Part shown: positions 59,162 through 64,000 of the stretch, piece by piece
Position numbering within the stretch: position 1 is the first letter of the stretch
How the letters are laid out: each line of letters opens with the position of its first letter
Virus record (IMG/VR): IMGVR_UViG_3300027779_000011
Location: 64,001 to 128,000 of that record
DNA: 64,000 nucleotides
Source: a virus
Direction: 5' to 3' (one strand)
Notes under the pieces: model-generated
The model's database searches: none
The model's input: only the letters and a program-made list of their open reading frames with translations
Told to the model about the DNA's origin: nothing
Made by a program: the position numbers and the translations under genes

Positions 59162-60313
59162 ATGCCTAAAATTATAACACAGAGTGAAGCAGAGAGAGAG
59201 ATTATAAAGTTTTTTGGAGATGACACTGTATTTATGAATGGAGATATATCATCGATAGGAACATATGATGTCATAAGCACTGGAAGTGAAACTCTTGATT
59301 TCGCGATTGGAATAGGGGGAATTCCAAGAGGGAGGGTAACTCAGCTAGCAGGCCAGGAGAGCTCTGGAAAGACGATGCTCGCCCTGTCATGTATAAAAAG
59401 TTATCTAGATGAAAACCCAGATAACACGGCATTATTTATAGATGCCGAATATACATATGATCCAGAGTGGGCGTCATCTCAGGGGGTTGATGTCTCTAGG
59501 GTTATGGTGATAAAGACTAATGATGCAAAAAAAATATTCGAAGGGCTGATCGGAAAAGTATCTGTAAATAGCGCTACAAAGAAGGTCTCAAAGAAGATGA
59601 AGGGTATATTGGATTACATAATAGACGGCGAAGATCCAAGGTTTAAAAATCTTGGAATAATAGTCCTAGATTCAATTGCGGTTTTAAACACCCCGCTTGA
59701 GATGGCGGCTGACATTGGAAAGGCCAATATGGCCCCAATACCGAGATTTTTATCAACAGAGTTAAAAAAATTAACACCAGTTATAGCGGAGGCTAATGTA
59801 GCCTTCGTGGGAATAAATCAAGTGAGGGTGAATCTCGGCCAGATGTTTGGAGATCCCACAACATCTCCTGGGGGAAAGGCACTCAAGCACGCGTGCAGCC
59901 TTATGATTAATATGGCTCCAATATTTAGATCTGAAACTGTCATAAACGACAGCTCTGGAGATCGGGTTGGACACATGGTTCGCGCAAAGATTGGGAAAAA
60001 CAAAGTTGGAACCCCATTCAGAAAGGCAGAGTATAGCGTGAAGTATTCAGAAGGAATTGTGAATCAAAATATAGAGGCTTTGGATCTGGGAGTTAAGTTT
60101 TCCATAGTTGAAAGGCCAAATAACAGAAATTATATTATATATGGTGAGAAAATACTTGGAAGAGATAATGCCATTAAGTATTTGGATGAAAATACAGAAG
60201 TGGCAAATAGAATTTTCTCTGAAGTAAGGGGGATATACTTGGGTAGGAGCTATATTAGTGCCCCATCACATGAAGAGCCTGATGAAGAAAACCCATTAGT
60301 TGCTTCGCTTTAA
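59162..60313 (+). CDS. recA: RecA/UvsX recombinase
   Basis: STGS.TLD.AIG.GGIPRGR, GQESSGKT, FIDAE, VLDSIA, INQVR, PGGKALKH, KNKV..PFR. Confidence 0.95.
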   Translation: MPKIITQSEAEREIIKFFGDDTVFMNGDISSIGTYDVISTGSETLDFAIGIGGIPRGRVTQLAGQESSGKTMLALSCIKSYLDENPDNTALFIDAEYTYDPEWASSQGVDVSRVMVIKTNDAKKIFEGLIGKVSVNSATKKVSKKMKGILDYIIDGEDPRFKNLGIIVLDSIAVLNTPLEMAADIGKANMAPIPRFLSTELKKLTPVIAEANVAFVGINQVRVNLGQMFGDPTTSPGGKALKHACSLMINMAPIFRSETVINDSSGDRVGHMVRAKIGKNKVGTPFRKAEYSVKYSEGIVNQNIEALDLGVKFSIVERPNNRNYIIYGEKILGRDNAIKYLDENTEVANRIFSEVRGIYLGRSYISAPSHEEPDEENPLVASL

Positions 60314-60328
60314 TAAGGACGATAAGAA

Positions 60329-60688
60329 ATGCTTGTAAATTGTAATGTCGGATGTAAGCTTGGCATAACCACTACTATTGCAAAATTAGATATGGATACC
60401 AATCAGGCTATATGCATGGAGTGTGGGTATGAGATTTTAAATATGTCTTACTTCTCCAAACAAAATATGAAAAATAGTGGAGACATTATAAGCAAAAGGA
60501 AAAATAGGGCTTTTTCTTTTCAGTGTATTACTTGTGAAACAATCGTCGAAACAATGTATTCAGATGATGGTATAATTGGGGTTGGATGTGATAACGGAGA
60601 TTGTTCTTTTAAGATTCCATCGCCAATGATCGAAGCCTTAAAGCATAACAGAAACTATAAAGAAGAGGGCACCCAAGAGGATGAGTAA
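60329..60688 (+). CDS. Cys-rich double zinc-ribbon protein
   Basis: CNVGC, CMEC, CITC, CDNGDC. Confidence 0.7.
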   Translation: MLVNCNVGCKLGITTTIAKLDMDTNQAICMECGYEILNMSYFSKQNMKNSGDIISKRKNRAFSFQCITCETIVETMYSDDGIIGVGCDNGDCSFKIPSPMIEALKHNRNYKEEGTQEDE

Positions 60689-61430
60689 TTATCTTGAAAT
60701 TTTGGCTAACATATGTCATTCAAATTTGAAAAACTCAAAGAAGTCTATGGAATATTTGAGAACCGGCAGGGGTATTAGCGATGATATTATAAAATTATAT
60801 AGCATCGGGTATTTTCCTCAGAACCTTGAAAAAATATACGACTATATACCAGAAGAGTTTTTAATAAAACTAAATATATCTAGAAACAGGGCGGGCAGCC
60901 AGTTTTCGGATTATTTCTCTTTGGTCTTCCCAATAACCTCAGAGTACGGCAAAGTTGTCGGAATAAGCGGCAGAACATTAATTGATGAAGAGCAAAGAAG
61001 TTTTATAAAAATACCAAAGTATAAAAATAGTTCATATAAAAAATCAAATTATTTTTTCGGATTAGACAAAGCAAAAGAACATATTGTTAGGGAAAATTCA
61101 GTTTATGTAGTCGAAGGATATTTTGACCAGATATCAATGTTTCAGTATGGTATAAAAAATTGTGTAGCGATATGTGGAACATCTTTTTCAAAAAATCATT
61201 TTATAAAGTTATCTAGATATTGTGATAAAATAATATTTATTTTAGACAATGATGATGCGGGAATGGATTCTTCATTGAGAATATATGATAAATATATTAA
61301 TAAAGGAATTAAAATTAGGTTAAAAAATATTCCTAGTCGGTATAAAGATGTTGATGAGTATTTTGCTAATCATGGTAATTCAAAAGAATCTTTTTTAAAA
61401 GATGCAGTAAGTTACGTTCCAAATTTTTAA
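60681..61430 (+). CDS. dnaG: DnaG primase catalytic core/TOPRIM without Zn-binding domain
   Basis: YLR.GRGI, IGY.P, LVFPI...G.VVGISGR, PKYKNS, VVEGYFD, CGT, LDNDDAG, KDVDE. Confidence 0.9.
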   Translation: MSNYLEILANICHSNLKNSKKSMEYLRTGRGISDDIIKLYSIGYFPQNLEKIYDYIPEEFLIKLNISRNRAGSQFSDYFSLVFPITSEYGKVVGISGRTLIDEEQRSFIKIPKYKNSSYKKSNYFFGLDKAKEHIVRENSVYVVEGYFDQISMFQYGIKNCVAICGTSFSKNHFIKLSRYCDKIIFILDNDDAGMDSSLRIYDKYINKGIKIRLKNIPSRYKDVDEYFANHGNSKESFLKDAVSYVPNF

Positions 61431-61440
61431 AGATAGTAGT

Positions 61441-61866
61441 ATGGGAAACAGTAAGTCATATCAGTACAAAATCGTAGAAATATCCTTTGATCAATCAAAG
61501 TTGAATAATTTTTCAACTGAGAGATCCATAGGTAATGTTCTGTCTGATAACCAATTTTCAGAAGAGATTCAGGAATTGCGAGAAGACCTCTTGGATGAGA
61601 TTTATTCTATTATAAACGGAAACTATCTAACGGAACATCAGAAGAAAATATTATTTATGAGGCTTATGGGGAAGACGCAGAATGATATAGCGGAACATCT
61701 TGGCATTACACAATCTGCCGTGCATAAGGCTATGCATGGAAATATAGATTATAAGAATAATAAAAAAAGATATGGTGGAATAGTTAAAAAATTGAAGAAA
61801 ATATGTACAACTAATCCTAACATTCAGAGTATTTTAGAAAGAATAGAAGAAGTAAGAAGTATTTAA
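61441..61866 (+). CDS. Sigma-70 region-4-like HTH protein
   Basis: LTEHQKKILFMRLMGKTQNDIAEHLGITQSAVHK. Confidence 0.8.
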   Translation: MGNSKSYQYKIVEISFDQSKLNNFSTERSIGNVLSDNQFSEEIQELREDLLDEIYSIINGNYLTEHQKKILFMRLMGKTQNDIAEHLGITQSAVHKAMHGNIDYKNNKKRYGGIVKKLKKICTTNPNIQSILERIEEVRSI

Positions 61867-61964
61867 ATATACTAATTAAATTATAATTAACTAGAAGTTC
61901 AGACTTGTGTATAATTTATTTTCTATTAATAAATAAAACAAATTTTGTAGGAGTATCATAAGAA

Positions 61965-62438
61965 ATGTCAATAGATAAAGCGCTTATAGATTTTTTTGAA
62001 AAAAAGAGTAAGAATTTAGCATCTAAAAATAGAATTAAATACTCAGAAGACATTCTTATAAAGAAGATTGCCTTTGATTATTTCAAAGTTGATAATGACC
62101 CATATGAAGGCCTCTGGAAGATGGAGGAGCGCGATGGAGAAAAGTATTTAGTAAGAAGTTCCGAGGCGGACAGTCATCAAAAGACAATTGGTGATTGGAC
62201 CGCAGTTAGCGATCATTCGAAATCAAATATTACTTTGGCGTATAAGAGCGTTCCAGTAGCTCTATTATCGTCCAGCGAATATAAATTTGACAAAGAAAGC
62301 ATAATGACCTTCAAGTCTGCACTGCTAGATATCATTGGTAAGGATGATGGCGTGGTTAAGGATATACTAGGTCTGCAACCAAGGGCTAAAACCGAAGCTT
62401 TGTATAATACGTTTCCGGAGTTAAAAAAGTTTCTATAA
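61965..62438 (+). CDS. Hypothetical protein
   Basis: 157-aa ORF, AGGAG RBS. Confidence 0.7.
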   Translation: MSIDKALIDFFEKKSKNLASKNRIKYSEDILIKKIAFDYFKVDNDPYEGLWKMEERDGEKYLVRSSEADSHQKTIGDWTAVSDHSKSNITLAYKSVPVALLSSSEYKFDKESIMTFKSALLDIIGKDDGVVKDILGLQPRAKTEALYNTFPELKKFL

Positions 62439-62456
62439 AATGGGATGAACTAAAGA

Positions 62457-64000
62457 ATGGATAATATTTTAAAAATTGCGTCTGAGGCCAGCAAGATGCT
62501 GGACAGACTTGAAAACGGTACAAGGTATAGGATCTCCGAAGTTTTAGGCGAATTTAATAAAATTGCTGATAAAAACTCTTCCGATCTTTTGGTTTGTAAT
62601 GCCAGAGATGTATTGCACAAGGTTTCTAAAAAGCAAGAGTTTATAACTCAGAGAGAAATAACGGAAGTTTACAACAGCCTGTATGGGCTTTCTGGCAACA
62701 GAAGTATATTCAAACAAGCGCTCGGTGGGTTCCTCTTGAGTGGACATGGAGAGCCCCCTAAGAGCTCTGCTAATTACTCGAAAAACAGGGATCGCCACGA
62801 AGTTGCGCTAGAGCCAATGTATGAAAAACAAGCTTTGGCGGAATCATTTTCAACTATATTTTCTCTAGATGGAACACCATCTATTGGCCAATTTAATAAT
62901 GGGGTTGAGAAAAAAGCAGAAAAGTTTGCAAAGGCTCAGCTAAATTCTATGGAACATTATCCATATAGTGTAAAGGCCTTGGATGGAAATGAGCATTATA
63001 TACTATGCGTTGCATCTTTTGACACCCCAAGCTTTACCAAGGTTGATGTAAAGATCCCAGTTCAGGTTTCTGGTGGTATTCCAAAGTTTCCAGATAGCTT
63101 TATTGACGGGTCTTCTGTTGAAGGTCTGAATAAGAAAAATCTAACTGTGTATATTAAAAATGCAGTAAATCAGGTTTCTAAAAACTCTGTTCACAAGTTC
63201 GCCTCAGAAAGAAGTCTTGAATTTTTAAGAACAGAGCCTGCGGTTTTGCCAACAAGTTTAAACCAATTGGCAGACCTGGATAGTCATATAGTCACGGCAA
63301 CATCTAAATTTGAAAAAAGAGAAGTTGACATGGGCAGAAATGTTGTCGCCGCTGAATTAAAGTCCATGGGGCTTTTTAATCCGCAGGTTAAGGTGTCTCA
63401 TTGTACAGATTCTGATATCGTATTTGCAGCACATATAAAGACTGCATCTGGCATTCAAGAAATATTAATCCCAGTAGAGGTTCAGAATGGCTCCGCAATC
63501 TTGCCTAGTACGTTTGAGCATAATTCAGAACTATACAGATTTAACTCTAAGAATATTAACAAGATTACAAAAAATAGCAATCATAAATCTGAAAACATAA
63601 CGGTTAGGGACTCTGGCTCTATTGGCAATATGTCATACCATGAACTCATGGATAGGGTAATAGACGGAGTTTCTGGTGGTGATTATGGAATGTCAGAAGA
63701 GGCGCTCATCACGATAAGTAACAAATTTGATGGCGAAAAGTATAAAGTTGCATTAAGTACATTTACAGACATATTAAAAGCTTCATCTAAGAATACGAAG
63801 CGAGAAGAGATGGTTAAGAGGGCTATGAATAATGGCGACTTAATAAACATTCCAACGTCAGTTGAGCCTTACTCTCCAAAATTTGGCACGCCATTGAGCA
63901 AGCTAGACTTTGACGAAAAAGGTGATTTGTACCTAAGAAGAAGAACGGCTAAATCAGAGAACTTGAAAGATTCTGGTTCTGGAATATCATCCTATAACAT
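62457..64000 (+). CDS. Hypothetical protein with internal domain duplication (3'-truncated by window edge)
   Basis: Frame open from ATG 62457 (MDNILKIASEASKMLD...) to the end of the window; two copies of L.SM...VK...IPV.V..G...P..F...N.KN. Confidence 0.75.
   Translation, partial: MDNILKIASEASKMLDRLENGTRYRISEVLGEFNKIADKNSSDLLVCNARDVLHKVSKKQEFITQREITEVYNSLYGLSGNRSIFKQALGGFLLSGHGEPPKSSANYSKNRDRHEVALEPMYEKQALAESFSTIFSLDGTPSIGQFNNGVEKKAEKFAKAQLNSMEHYPYSVKALDGNEHYILCVASFDTPSFTKVDVKIPVQVSGGIPKFPDSFIDGSSVEGLNKKNLTVYIKNAVNQVSKNSVHKFASERSLEFLRTEPAVLPTSLNQLADLDSHIVTATSKFEKREVDMGRNVVAAELKSMGLFNPQVKVSHCTDSDIVFAAHIKTASGIQEILIPVEVQNGSAILPSTFEHNSELYRFNSKNINKITKNSNHKSENITVRDSGSIGNMSYHELMDRVIDGVSGGDYGMSEEALITISNKFDGEKYKVALSTFTDILKASSKNTKREEMVKRAMNNGDLINIPTSVEPYSPKFGTPLSKLDFDEKGDLYLRRRTAKSENLKDSGSGISSYN

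Overview
AT-rich, very gene-dense window with all but one credible gene on the + strand. No rRNA, tRNA, ribosomal-protein genes or CRISPR array were seen. The content fits a jumbo/huge tailed phage rather than a cellular chromosome (inference). Replication/recombination genes: DnaE, a split DnaG, gp32-like SSB, RecA, RuvC-like, SbcCD, FtsK motor, PD-(D/E)XK nuclease, HU. Transcription: a sigma-70-like factor with a Zn-ribbon insertion and a region-4-only HTH protein. Proteostasis: DnaK, two Hsp20, two divergent GroEL with no GroES seen, M50/M16 proteases, peptide deformylase, MoxR-VWA. Auxiliary metabolism: PurA, IMPDH/GMPR-family enzyme, DHH phosphoesterase, LpxH-like hydrolase, fatty-acid hydroxylase, KhpA. 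Large putative virion proteins include a 1691-aa tail fibre/adhesin and a 2385-aa Cys-motif protein. The best candidate for an undescribed system is a set of otherwise unrelated proteins (3254-5218, 10884-15473, 43626-50783, 62457-end). Three carry a portable 'L-[IV]-K-L-S-x-x-L-[DS]-x-x-G...AD-x-ID' peptide, and the wider set carries K-x-[AS] sites and basic Arg-rich tails. Their cargo domains are an OmpA-like peptidoglycan-binding domain, a zincin and a tape-measure-like membrane-inserting domain. This suggests a capsid-targeting and proteolytic-maturation code for head-packaged, ejected proteins. All assignments come from motif reading only; no searches were run.
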